Counted from the stretch's first letter, positions 1 through 8,253 are shown. The stretch is DNA of 20,000 bases from Pseudomonadota bacterium (GCA_043825735.1 JBDRRP010000090.1:58752-78751), one strand, 5' to 3'. Notes: generated from the letters alone by a model not told the origin. Made by a program: numbers and translations.

Positions 1-267
1 CTGATGCCAGACCCGTTGCCGCGCACTACGGCCATCATTCTTTCGGTTGGGCAACCCAAAATCCTGCCCCGACTAACCACCGCCCTACGCCTATCTATAC
101 GTAACAAAATGACTGTTGACCCGTAAATGGTTGCGGGCGATTATGTCTCTGTTTTTTCTATTAAAAAGAGAAAACGGAGGCAATTATGGTTCCCACCGAC
201 ATCCTTTCCTCCATTGCTCGGCCGTGGGCATCGTGAATTGTAGTTTGAATTAACTGGTTTTGCAGGA

Positions 268-304
268 TTAGATGGGGCGGAAGAGAAGATCCCGCCCCGT
301 CTAA
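268..304 (-). terminator. Hairpin downstream of the MCP gene (probable terminator/stabilising stem)
   Basis: Inverted repeat TTAGATGGGGCGG (268-280) / CCGCCCCGTCTAA (292-304), about 20 bp past the MCP stop; no clear U-tract. Confidence 0.55.
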
Positions 305-323
305 CGTTTATTGGGAGGAAGCA

Positions 324-2252
324 TTAACAATCGCTGAACGGATCGTCACCCCGAGGGAAGAGTTCTTCCGTGTCTATTTCCTGTGCGATTTTTTTGGCCT
401 GCAATTTCCTGGGGGGGCCATCGATATTAGCGTCTGTAACAGTGCGTTGTTTTCGGCGGAAGAAACTCCCGTTTGACTTATTGTCCATCAGGCTCTCGGC
501 TGCAGCACCGGCCACAATTTTCACCAGGTCCTTAACTAAAACTTTCATCTGTTCGGCCTGGACGCTCATTTCTTCGGCGGCTGACGCAGACTCCTCGGCC
601 CCGGCCGTGTTGCTCTGGGTCACCTTGTCCATTTCGGTAACGGCGATGTTGATCTGATCGATACCACGGGCCTGTTCGCTGGATGCGGCGGCGATCTCCG
701 ACACTAGCTCGCCCACTTTAGTCTCAGCCTCCGACACGCTGGCGAAAACGGCATTGGTAGAGACCACCAGTTCGGAGCCGTCCTTGACCTTCTTCACCGT
801 TCCCTCGATGAGGTTGGCCGTATTTTTTGCCGCCTCGGCCGCCCGCATTGCAAGGTTTCTCACCTCGTCGGCCACCACGGCGAACCCTGCGCCGGCCTCT
901 CCGGCACGGGCTGCCTCCACCGCCGCGTTCAGAGCCAGGAGATTTGTCTGAAAGGCAATCTCGTCGATAGTCTTGATGATTTTACTGGTCTCCTCGCTGG
1001 CGGTGGATATCTCAGACATGGATGCGGTGAGCGCATTCATGGACCGGTTGGCAGTGAGCACTACGCTGTTGGCCTCTTTCATCAGAAGATCGGCCTGGGT
1101 GGCGTTGTCAGCGTTCTGCTTGGTCATGGAACTCATCTCCTCCAGTGAGGAGGAGGTCTCCTCGATGGAGGCGGCCTGCTCGCTGGAACCCTCGGCCAGG
1201 GACTGGCTGTATGACGATACCTGACCGGCGGCCGAGGCCACCTGCTCGGCGCCCGTCCGAAGATCTCCAGCCATACGCTGAATGGCCTTCGATATCCGGC
1301 TGATCAGAATGAATGCAGTCAATATGACGAAGGCTGTCACGGCGGCGCCGGTGATGATTAAACTCTGTCGGGTGCGGTGTGACAGGGTGGATATGGAATC
1401 GTCGATTTCAGCAACTACACTGTTGCGGGTTTCTTGCCCCTCACGGCGTATCTTACCAACACGATCGCTAATATCGCGGTTCAGCGCATCGCGTTCGGAG
1501 GCCATCACGCCTGCGATGAGGGCCGCGTTTCCGGTGATCATCTCCCCGAAGCGGAGATCCATTCCCTGTAATCGAGCGGACATACGGTCCCGACTCACGC
1601 AAAGCACCAAAGAACCCAGCGGCTTGCCTTCTAACGCCACAGGTTTTTCTATGCGAAAAACGGTTTCGTCCTTTGCGGAGGCGGAAAGAATTTTTTCAAT
1701 CTTACCGCCGTCCGAGTCACTTTGAAGGTAGGTCTGGATCTTGGGGTGATCCTTGTCTACGAAGCGGCTCAGCGGTTTTCCATCCGGCTTCAGGTAAATC
1801 GCATAAACGATGTCCGGGTGCTGAGACGCGGAACGGGCGTAGGTGATCAATTCCATGAAGTCATTGGTGACAATCGCCTTGGGCGCCACCCTTACAAGCA
1901 ACTCAGCGATGGTTTCCATGTTTTCAGTCAGCACCTGGCTGTAACTCTCAGCAACGCTTCTCTTTTCCTCATTGAGCGTTCTTTCGCTTTCTTCGGTGAT
2001 CTGGGTCCGTGCAGTCTCGGTCATCCGGACAAGGCTACCGGCGATTGCGGTGCTGAGTTGGTTCATGGCGTTATCCGCACTTTTGCCGTTTTCAGCAAGC
2101 GACCCCGTCACACTGGATCCCATCCGCTCGAGCAGGGATGACTCCAAGATCACCACAACCGAAGTCAAAGCGACGATGGCAACAGCCATTGACACTCCGA
2201 TGGCGATGATCAGTTTGGTCCGCAGACTTTGGTTGGTTATCCTTTGGAACAT
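324..2252 (-). CDS. Methyl-accepting chemotaxis protein
   Basis: Canonical signalling hairpin [40 protein letters not shown]; two TM helices flanking a large periplasmic domain; start moved from 2333 to ATG 2252 (MFQRIT), preceded by GAGGG RBS. Confidence 0.95.
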   Translation of the reverse strand: MFQRITNQSLRTKLIIAIGVSMAVAIVALTSVVVILESSLLERMGSSVTGSLAENGKSADNAMNQLSTAIAGSLVRMTETARTQITEESERTLNEEKRSVAESYSQVLTENMETIAELLVRVAPKAIVTNDFMELITYARSASQHPDIVYAIYLKPDGKPLSRFVDKDHPKIQTYLQSDSDGGKIEKILSASAKDETVFRIEKPVALEGKPLGSLVLCVSRDRMSARLQGMDLRFGEMITGNAALIAGVMASERDALNRDISDRVGKIRREGQETRNSVVAEIDDSISTLSHRTRQSLIITGAAVTAFVILTAFILISRISKAIQRMAGDLRTGAEQVASAAGQVSSYSQSLAEGSSEQAASIEETSSSLEEMSSMTKQNADNATQADLLMKEANSVVLTANRSMNALTASMSEISTASEETSKIIKTIDEIAFQTNLLALNAAVEAARAGEAGAGFAVVADEVRNLAMRAAEAAKNTANLIEGTVKKVKDGSELVVSTNAVFASVSEAETKVGELVSEIAAASSEQARGIDQINIAVTEMDKVTQSNTAGAEESASAAEEMSVQAEQMKVLVKDLVKIVAGAAAESLMDNKSNGSFFRRKQRTVTDANIDGPPRKLQAKKIAQEIDTEELFPRGDDPFSDC

Positions 2253-2353
2253 TTGGTTGCCCTCAATAGGTTGTATGCTGTTCGCAATCCGTCCTGAGTG
2301 CCGGTGGGCAGTGATGTTCCGCCCACCGGTCATGATATTGATCTGATATTCTA

Positions 2354-3271
2354 CTATTTGGCTGCTAGTTTCGCCGAGGCGTAGGCGCCGACACCAAGCG
2401 TTTTCTGCAGACTCTCAATTCCGTCGTAGTCGAGGGCATCGGCCCAGCCGACCACCTTCGCGTCCTTTGCAGCAGGGTCATCGCTATTCATCTGTTTGAG
2501 GGCCTCCACGACCTTAGCAACCAACTCCCCGTCCGTTTTGGCGGTTTTGGCTAGCGGCCATTCCGGATAGAGCGCGGTGCTGCACACAAACGGAAACCCA
2601 TCATGAGAGCGTGGAGCGATGATACGGAATTCGTCCATGTCGATCACCCCGGCAGCCACCATGCGCTCAAGGGTGTCGGTACGCACCGTACCTGCTTCGA
2701 CAGCGCCGTTCTGGACCGCCAGTACAACGTTGTCGTGCTTGCCGCCGAAGGTCAATTGGGAAAAATCTTTGCCTGGGTCGATTCCTGCGTCGATGAATTC
2801 CTTGTACGCCATCTGCCACCCGCCAAACGAGGATTCCTCGACGGCCATGAAGGAGTGCCCTTTGAGATCGTTCAGCGTCTTGATGTCGTCGTTTTCGGCG
2901 TTGGTGAAAATGACGCCGCCGAACGCCCTAAGGGGTTTACCCTGACGGGAATTGATCATGGTTGCCACAGCCTGGGCGCCGTATTTCACCTTGGCGGTGA
3001 TGAACATTGACGAGTTGACCAGAAAAAAATCAACGGTGCCATTTTGAACGGCAGGGTTGACCTCATCGAATCCCAGCGGCACGATTTCGAATGTGGTGCC
3101 CGGAATCTTTCCGGACAAATAGTCTCCTGTGGTTTTCCATTGATTAAGTGCCTTTACCGGGCCGTTTTTGGCCAATACGCCGATTTTAACCGTGTCGGCG
3201 TGAGCGCAGACAGGGAAAGACAAGAAACAAGTAAGCGCTGCGATTAACACAAGAGAACCTGTCTTTTTCAT
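2354..3271 (-). CDS. PhnD/SsuA/transferrin-family periplasmic solute-binding protein (resembles TtrS/ThsS-type sensor domain)
   Basis: Signal peptide ending AHA-D; motifs [28 protein letters not shown]...[33 protein letters not shown]. Confidence 0.85.
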   Translation of the reverse strand: MKKTGSLVLIAALTCFLSFPVCAHADTVKIGVLAKNGPVKALNQWKTTGDYLSGKIPGTTFEIVPLGFDEVNPAVQNGTVDFFLVNSSMFITAKVKYGAQAVATMINSRQGKPLRAFGGVIFTNAENDDIKTLNDLKGHSFMAVEESSFGGWQMAYKEFIDAGIDPGKDFSQLTFGGKHDNVVLAVQNGAVEAGTVRTDTLERMVAAGVIDMDEFRIIAPRSHDGFPFVCSTALYPEWPLAKTAKTDGELVAKVVEALKQMNSDDPAAKDAKVVGWADALDYDGIESLQKTLGVGAYASAKLAAK

Positions 3272-3359
3272 GGGGATTCCTCCTTAACAATAAAAATTAT
3301 AAAATTATGGCGTTGAATGAAAAGCCCCTAAACTTCAGATCTGTAAAGCGATGCCTAAT

Positions 3360-3386
3360 AATTCGGCAGGATCCAATTAAACTTGA
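3360..3386 (-). promoter_or_regulatory. Putative sigma28 (FliA) promoter for the SBP-MCP operon
   Basis: Minus strand TCAA-N15-GCCGAATT versus consensus TAAA-N15-GCCGATAA, about 90 bp upstream of the SBP start; fits a chemoreceptor operon. Confidence 0.65.
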
Positions 3387-3395
3387 GTAAAATTT

Positions 3396-3730
3396 GACCC
3401 CGTCGTAAAAAGGCCGACTTCAGCGAACTATAGAAATATCAGGAAAAATTTGATTTTCCCGTTGACGAGAAACGGCTGACTTGGCAGCATATTATAAACA
3501 TAAACAATGCTTTAGATAGATTTGGATATGCTCAGGGCAAACGGCCGCAAACAACGACATCTGTTCGACCCCTGGCAGTTCATGAGCCCGAAACGGCGCA
3601 AAATGCTCGACGAGGACTGGCCCGGGTTTTTCCGTCAATACATCATAGACCTGCTGCCGGTTGAAAAACTCAGCCTGGCCTTTCCTCACCACATGGGGCG
3701 GCCCACCAAGGAATTGCATACCGTAGCCCC
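3396..3730 (+). mobile_element. Truncated insertion sequence remnant (left end plus 5' part of transposase)
   Basis: GACCCCGTCGTAAAAAGGCC (3396-3415) resembles IS termini seen in Desulfobacterota and is followed by a transposase N-terminus; no right end found. Confidence 0.55.
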
Positions 3731-3791
3731 ATTGCTTATGAAAAAGAACGAATACGAACGGCTGCCTAACCGTGTGTCCGTTTTCAGTTGA
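3528..3791 (+). pseudogene. Transposase N-terminal fragment (IS5/IS1182-like, DUF772-type)
   Basis: LFDPW..MSPKRRKML...WPGFFR..I...LPVEKL...F....GRPTKEL is a recognisable transposase N-terminus; similarity appears to stop near 3725 and there is no DDE domain. Confidence 0.75.
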
Positions 3792-3900
3792 CACTACACA
3801 GAGCTCTACGCCTATCATTCTGCAATTGGCGGCGGATCAGGAAGATAGAGGAACATGGCAAATAGTCCTCCCATAGAGGAAACTGAATTAGGCTGACGTC

Positions 3901-3948
3901 GGCCTAACCATCGTTGAATGAGATGTCTATTAAATATGAATGTTATGT
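3901..3948 (+). repeat. Degenerate short attC-like site / left border of cassette 1
   Basis: GGCCTAAC (R''-like) ... GTTATGT (R', G at 3942) with an imperfect internal hairpin CAT..TTGAAT..AGA / TCT.ATTAAA.ATG. Confidence 0.45.
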
Positions 3949-3965
3949 GTTTTGGAAAAGTAATA

Positions 3966-3981
3966 GGGGTCAGACCACGAA
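3966..3981 (+). repeat. Direct repeat copy 1, GGGGTCAGACCACGAA
   Basis: 14/16 identical to the copy at 4492-4507; both preceded by TAATA(A); ends 18 bp before the ORF start. Confidence 0.8.
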
Positions 3982-3999
3982 TATCGTTGAGGGTTTATA

Positions 4000-4488
4000 A
4001 TGAGCGAAAAATACAGATTTAAACCAGCTTCACAACAAGAGCTATCGCTATATTGTTTTGTTGGCGAGTCTGTATGTGCAGTGCAGCATGTGGAAGATGC
4101 CCTTAGTCATTCGATTATATTAAAAAGGACAAAACCACGGTTAAGGTCAGAAGCTGACCAACTTTTAGAGGAATACCGTTCATATACTCTTGGTAAAGCT
4201 ATCAAGATTGCCGAACAAGAAAGTTTATATCCTGAGTCACTACAGCAAGAACTTATAGAGTTTTTGTCAGAAAGAAATTGGCTTATTCATAAAAGTATTG
4301 CACAAAGCCGAGATGAATGGGATTTGAATATCTCCAGAGAAAAATTGATTTATAGAATAAAGGCTATCACAACACAAGCACAGAAGCTTTTACAGTTGAT
4401 CGAAGAGGATTTGATCGAGTTTTCAGAAGCTAATGGTGTTGATATGTCTCGGGTGAGAGCTGAAATAAATAAGCATTATTTTGAATAA
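4000..4488 (+). CDS. Hypothetical cassette protein, HEPN-like (RxxxxH) putative RNase
   Basis: 162 aa, helical character, with ..E.AL, TLG and ERNWLIH (R-N-x3-H) motifs typical of HEPN superfamily; GAGGG RBS. Confidence 0.65.
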   Translation: MSEKYRFKPASQQELSLYCFVGESVCAVQHVEDALSHSIILKRTKPRLRSEADQLLEEYRSYTLGKAIKIAEQESLYPESLQQELIEFLSERNWLIHKSIAQSRDEWDLNISREKLIYRIKAITTQAQKLLQLIEEDLIEFSEANGVDMSRVRAEINKHYFE

Positions 4489-4491
4489 TAA

Positions 4492-4507
4492 GGGGACAGG
4501 CCACGAA
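4492..4507 (+). repeat. Direct repeat copy 2, GGGGACAGGCCACGAA
   Basis: Begins 3 bp after the stop codon of ORF 4000-4488; matches 3966-3981. Confidence 0.8.
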
Positions 4508-4569
4508 CTATAAGTATCCGCTTAGGCCGTTATCAGATATAGAGAAACTAAAGTTAAAAACAATAAAAC

Positions 4570-4641
4570 ACATAACAAGGCGCTCGTTCGGACTCAAACT
4601 TCACTGCGTTTCGTTTGCGCCGCACAGGTTAAGCGTTAACT
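4570..4641 (+). repeat. attC site 1
   Basis: ACATAAC-AAGGCGCTCGTTCGGACTCAAAC...GTTTGCGCCGCACAGGTTAAGC-GTTAACT: R''/R' boxes, internal CGG..CAAAC / GTTTG..CCG pairing, about 70 bp. Confidence 0.9.
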
Positions 4642-5425
4642 CTTTGAAGGTTATTATGGGCAAGAGTTCAAATCAAGAAATTGAAAAATATTTCTTTGAA
4701 ATGTTTCGTAAGGATTATCCGTTGCCATCTGGTAATGTTGTCTACGGAGATAGTCCTGATATCGTTATGGATGGTGAAAGAAAAATCGGGATCGAAATTA
4801 CCAACTTTTACCACAAGCCTGGCTCCGCCCCAGAAAGCGAGCAGATTCAAAATAGCTGGAGAGGTAAGGTCATTTCAGAGGCACAAAATTTTTATGAAAA
4901 ACAAAATGGTAAAAAGTTTGAAATTTCCTTTGGATTTGATAAATCAAATCCTATCCAAAATCAAAAAGATCTAATCAAACAAATATTTGATTTAGCAACG
5001 CAAATTCAAAATTGTGAAACTGGGCAAATTAGAACAGATTATTTTAAGCAGATTCCGGAGCTTTCATTCGTTTATTTGAACAATAAAGAGTACAGAGACA
5101 ATAAGTGGAGAATCGTTCAAGTTTACGATGTTCCAATTCTAAAAATGAAGCGATTATTAAAAATTGTCAGAGATAAAGAACATCGCTCTAAAAAATATGA
5201 GAAATGTGATGCGTATTGGTTACTTGTTGTTGTCGATTTTATGAATCGTGCACAGGACCAGGAAATTCAAGTCGATAATTTCGAAAAAGTTGAGACGGAC
5301 GTATTTGAACGAGTGATAGTTTACAAGACATTGTTCGGTCATGTATTGGAGGCAAAGTAGAGGGAGTTAACCATGCCTTTCACTCGGACGGGAACTCCGC
5401 TCCGTTCCCTCCGGCGAAGGCTACG
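4636..5425 (+). mobile_element. Integron gene cassette 2
   Basis: Starts GTTAACTC (4635-4642); R'' GAGTTAAC (5364-5371) is its exact reverse complement, 3 bp after the ORF stop. Confidence 0.85.
4656..5360 (+). CDS. Hypothetical cassette protein, PD-(D/E)xK-like (restriction endonuclease fold) nuclease
   Basis: N-terminal E...GDSPDIV.....IGIEIT motif and C-terminal KKY..CDAYWLLVV...FERVIV; start set to ATG 4656 after GAAGG RBS. Confidence 0.6.
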   Translation: MGKSSNQEIEKYFFEMFRKDYPLPSGNVVYGDSPDIVMDGERKIGIEITNFYHKPGSAPESEQIQNSWRGKVISEAQNFYEKQNGKKFEISFGFDKSNPIQNQKDLIKQIFDLATQIQNCETGQIRTDYFKQIPELSFVYLNNKEYRDNKWRIVQVYDVPILKMKRLLKIVRDKEHRSKKYEKCDAYWLLVVVDFMNRAQDQEIQVDNFEKVETDVFERVIVYKTLFGHVLEAK

Positions 5426-5431
5426 CTATAA
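5364..5431 (+). repeat. attC site 2 (core mutated GTT>GCT)
   Basis: GAGTTAAC-CATGCCTTTCACTCGGACGGGAAC...GTTCCCTCCGGCGAAGGC-TAC-GCTATAA: strong GCCTT/AAGGC, CGG/CCG, GGGAAC/GTTCCC stems; expected GTT at 5425-5427 reads GCT. Confidence 0.8.
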
Positions 5432-6401
5432 ACCGCGCATTCCGCCTATCATAAGGGCGTGCCACTCGAAGCGATTCCATTGCGGAATCTTTGAATCATT
5501 CTATCCGTTCCAGAATTGGATGGAAATGCTATTTTCCGATTAGGCTTCCTACGTCCCTGAGGACGGTGTCTCGCGGGCATCAATGGCCCGCTGCCCACAT
5601 TTACAACTGTTGAGGCCAGTTGCTATCCACCGCAGGAGGAAAGGCTCTTCAGTTCGCCAATTATACTGTTAGGCTGAGAGGCGGCTTTGCGCTGACTCAA
5701 TGGCTCTGGCAGTGGATGTAGGGGCTAAGAAGGGGCTTGTAAGGATGAGGGAGGAAATGGTTGGCCCTCATCTTGATTTCGATCTCAGAGGATGGCAGAC
5801 TTAGGAACATCGAATCCATTCCTCTCACATTGCACTTAATTCAGGGTAGCATGCACGAGAAACTGTGCATCATTAAATTCACCATTGCGGGTTGAATGAG
5901 TATTGAACCGCCTGATTACACCCATCGAAACCTAATAAATGGGGAAACTAATACCCATAGATTTTATAAGTTAATTAAAGTCTTGACTTCAGGGCAGCTC
6001 ATCAATTATTATTTTGCTATCACTAAAGTCTGCAGCCGAATCCATAGATTGCCCAGAACTTGGAACTGCGGTCTATTCCCCATCCATTTGGTCCTCAACT
6101 ACTCATGCAGACTATTTTGAAATCCATAACAGAATATACCTTAGCTGGTTTGACTGTCTTTCGGAACAGCTGGGTCAATCCATTGTCATTATCAATCCCT
6201 GAATAAGCGATTCAAAAATATATTCCACAATGGTAATTGAACTATCGGAAAATCAAATCCGAATTTCTTATCTATTGCGGATCTGAAAAGGCATTAAAGC
6301 ATGCCGTTGGTCTCTTCATTTTTTTGATTCTATCTGAAATATATTATAATTAAAATCACACATGAACGTATAAAATTAATAATTAGAATGAGGATTTAAT
6401 A

Positions 6402-6720
6402 ATGAAAAAACTATTTGCCTTTTTTTGGTTTTTTTAATTCGATTGCTTTTTCACAAATAGGATTATAGAACTGTTCGGGCAGTTTATCAACGGAGATATT
6501 AATAATGCACCAACAATGTATTATAGCGCTCCGGATAAACCTTTTAAAGATAATAGACATCTTTGCTACCGTGATGAAAAAAAGCTTTTTTGCAATGGAA
6601 TATTGGCCCGATGAGTTTTCACCAAGATGGGTAGCATATAAAATAACACCTGAGAACTATGGACAAAATGGCTGTAATACTTTTACAAGGCAAAAAGCAA
6701 AATTGAGTACTTCTTTAAAA
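6402..6720 (+). pseudogene. Frameshifted, truncated secreted DNA/RNA non-specific endonuclease (NucA/EndoG-like N-terminus)
   Basis: GAGG RBS + MKKLFAFF signal-like start broken in T7 runs; ...DNRHLCYRDEK then a shift at the A7 run (6577-6583) into SFFAMEYWPDEFSPRWVAYKITPEN, matching the LC...Y.....P.WVAY.L motif; no DRGH catalytic motif. Confidence 0.55.
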
Positions 6721-6724
6721 TTCA

Positions 6725-6790
6725 TCATAATATATCACTTTAAACAAGCGGATTTTTCCAAAAACATTTCCGCTCGAATAACTGTTATGC
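6725..6790 (+). repeat. Degenerate attC-like site 3
   Basis: CATAAT (6726-6731, R''-like) ... AGCGGA-TTTTT/AAAAA-TCCGCT hairpin ... GTTATGC (6784), 40 bp before the next ORF. Confidence 0.45.
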
Positions 6791-6829
6791 CTATTTTTGT
6801 TAATCAGATTTGCTAATAGGGGGCGAGCT

Positions 6830-7828
6830 ATGAGGGAAAAAATATCGATCACTATAATTGCTATTTTATCGATAATATTAGTAGGTTGTAATACTCCACC
6901 AGATCCAAAGAAAAATGATGTGAGCCCATGCCCCTCTATACCTTTAGAAACTTTTAATCGCTGTGGCTGCAATCCAGATGTATCAAACGCCATTGATATC
7001 ATTCATGCCACAGACTTATCTTATAAAGATAAAACTATACTTATTAGTTGTGTTGAGTCCAAAGGTGCAGGGTTAACTGGCCATTTGAAGGGACAAGAAC
7101 TCATTAAGTTTGGAATAGATATAAAAGCATGCATTAATCGTTCAAGTGAATTTACTGTAAACGATAAGGCATTAGAGATAGTTGAAGGTGTAATAGAAAA
7201 TATTAAAGCTAAATCTGTCCCGGATAAATATGTTGATAAATGGTATAATTGCCGATTTAAAGAAAACGTAACTGGAAAAAGGAATTTCGAAAGAGAATTA
7301 GTAGAGGAGTATCGATCAGAGATATTAGGTATGGAAGGAGACTGGGTAAGATATACTCTTCAGGGTAGTGAAAAGGCAAAGCAAAGAGTTAGAAAAGATG
7401 CATCAAATTACGGTAATGTTTTAATTGGTGTTGACAGTAATAAATTGACAGGGTCTAGAAACATAGAGAAATATCTTTTTGCTACAGCAGCCTTCACTAT
7501 GGCAGCAGATGTGGCAGAAGATTATAATTCATTTTCTGATGTGTATAAAGCAGCAATAAAATCTGGAGAAGAAGCTGAGTTGGCCATAAATTTCTATAGA
7601 AATAATCGTGTTAGCGAATTGGATTTGCAAGTGATTAAATGGATACAAGAAGAAAGGGTTGCCGACTGGCTAAACTATTGGCTTACAATTTGTTATGGTA
7701 TTGGATACCGTAATGGAGAAAATGATGCAAAATCTTTAGGAAGACAAACATATAATAGGATATCTAAGAAATTTATTGATGATTTTGAAGTTAACCAACT
7801 TCAAATCGTATCAAAAATGATTAAATAG
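6830..7828 (+). CDS. Hypothetical lipoprotein (Cys-rich N-terminal half, helical C-terminal half)
   Basis: MREKISITIIAILSIILVG-C lipobox; AGGGGG RBS before ATG 6830; AT-rich codon usage. Confidence 0.8.
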   Translation: MREKISITIIAILSIILVGCNTPPDPKKNDVSPCPSIPLETFNRCGCNPDVSNAIDIIHATDLSYKDKTILISCVESKGAGLTGHLKGQELIKFGIDIKACINRSSEFTVNDKALEIVEGVIENIKAKSVPDKYVDKWYNCRFKENVTGKRNFERELVEEYRSEILGMEGDWVRYTLQGSEKAKQRVRKDASNYGNVLIGVDSNKLTGSRNIEKYLFATAAFTMAADVAEDYNSFSDVYKAAIKSGEEAELAINFYRNNRVSELDLQVIKWIQEERVADWLNYWLTICYGIGYRNGENDAKSLGRQTYNRISKKFIDDFEVNQLQIVSKMIK

Positions 7829-7856
7829 AGTCATTATTACTATCAGAGGGGGATAA

Positions 7857-8066
7857 ATGAAATTACAAAAGACATTTACGATTTTTTTAATTTTGCTTGT
7901 ATTTCAACTCTCTAATCTATTTTTATTAAAATATAAACCTGAACACAAAAAATTTGGAAATAAGAATATATCTTTAGGTGCTAATGAATCCTCCTCAGGA
8001 AATGGCACTGGTCCGAAAGTTCCAACAAACCGTGGAGGTCCAAAGCTTGGTCCAGGTGGTGGTTGA
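7857..8066 (+). CDS. Small secreted/membrane-anchored Gly/Pro-rich peptide
   Basis: AGAGGGGG RBS, 28 bp after the lipoprotein stop; hydrophobic N-terminus, basic linker, tail GNGTGPKVPTNRGGPKLGPGGG. Confidence 0.6.
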   Translation: MKLQKTFTIFLILLVFQLSNLFLLKYKPEHKKFGNKNISLGANESSSGNGTGPKVPTNRGGPKLGPGGG

Positions 8067-8146
8067 ACTGGTTTTAATATAAGATTAATGTTTCTCGAAT
8101 AGAATGGCGGTCTATTCGACATCCATAATAATTAGCTAAAACACAT

Positions 8147-8253
8147 ATAGAATAACATCAGTTTGGCCTAGACGTCAGAAAAATTTCTGTTTATCGCAAA
8201 GGCCGCGGTAGCCCGACCTATGCTATATACGCTATTCAGGTGGGTTGTTAACT
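8147..8253 (+). repeat. Degenerate attC-like site 4 / right border of the island
   Basis: ATAGAATAAC (R''-like, near-complement of GTTATGCCTAT at 6784) ... GTTAACT (8247); internal GGCCT/AGGCC, CAGAAA/TTTCTG and ACCT/AGGT stems, but not one clean hairpin. Confidence 0.3.

Larger units (their letters stand above)
3943..4635 (+). mobile_element. Integron gene cassette 1
   Basis: Begins GTTATGTGTTTT (3942-3953); its R'' AAAACACATAAC (4565-4576) is the exact 12-nt reverse complement; single ORF then attC. Confidence 0.85.

Noticed and set aside
3392..3401. GGGGTCAAAT on the minus strand as a third copy of the GGGGWCAG repeat
   Set aside because: Matches only the first 7 bases and overlaps the putative IS end
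3966..4507. Direct repeats as a CRISPR array or IS target-site duplication
   Set aside because: Only two imperfect 16-bp copies 526 bp apart, enclosing an ORF with no transposase or terminal inverted repeats
5896..6202. Short ORFs 5896-6120 and 6014-6202
   Set aside because: Overlapping, no clear RBS or motifs; not supportable as genes
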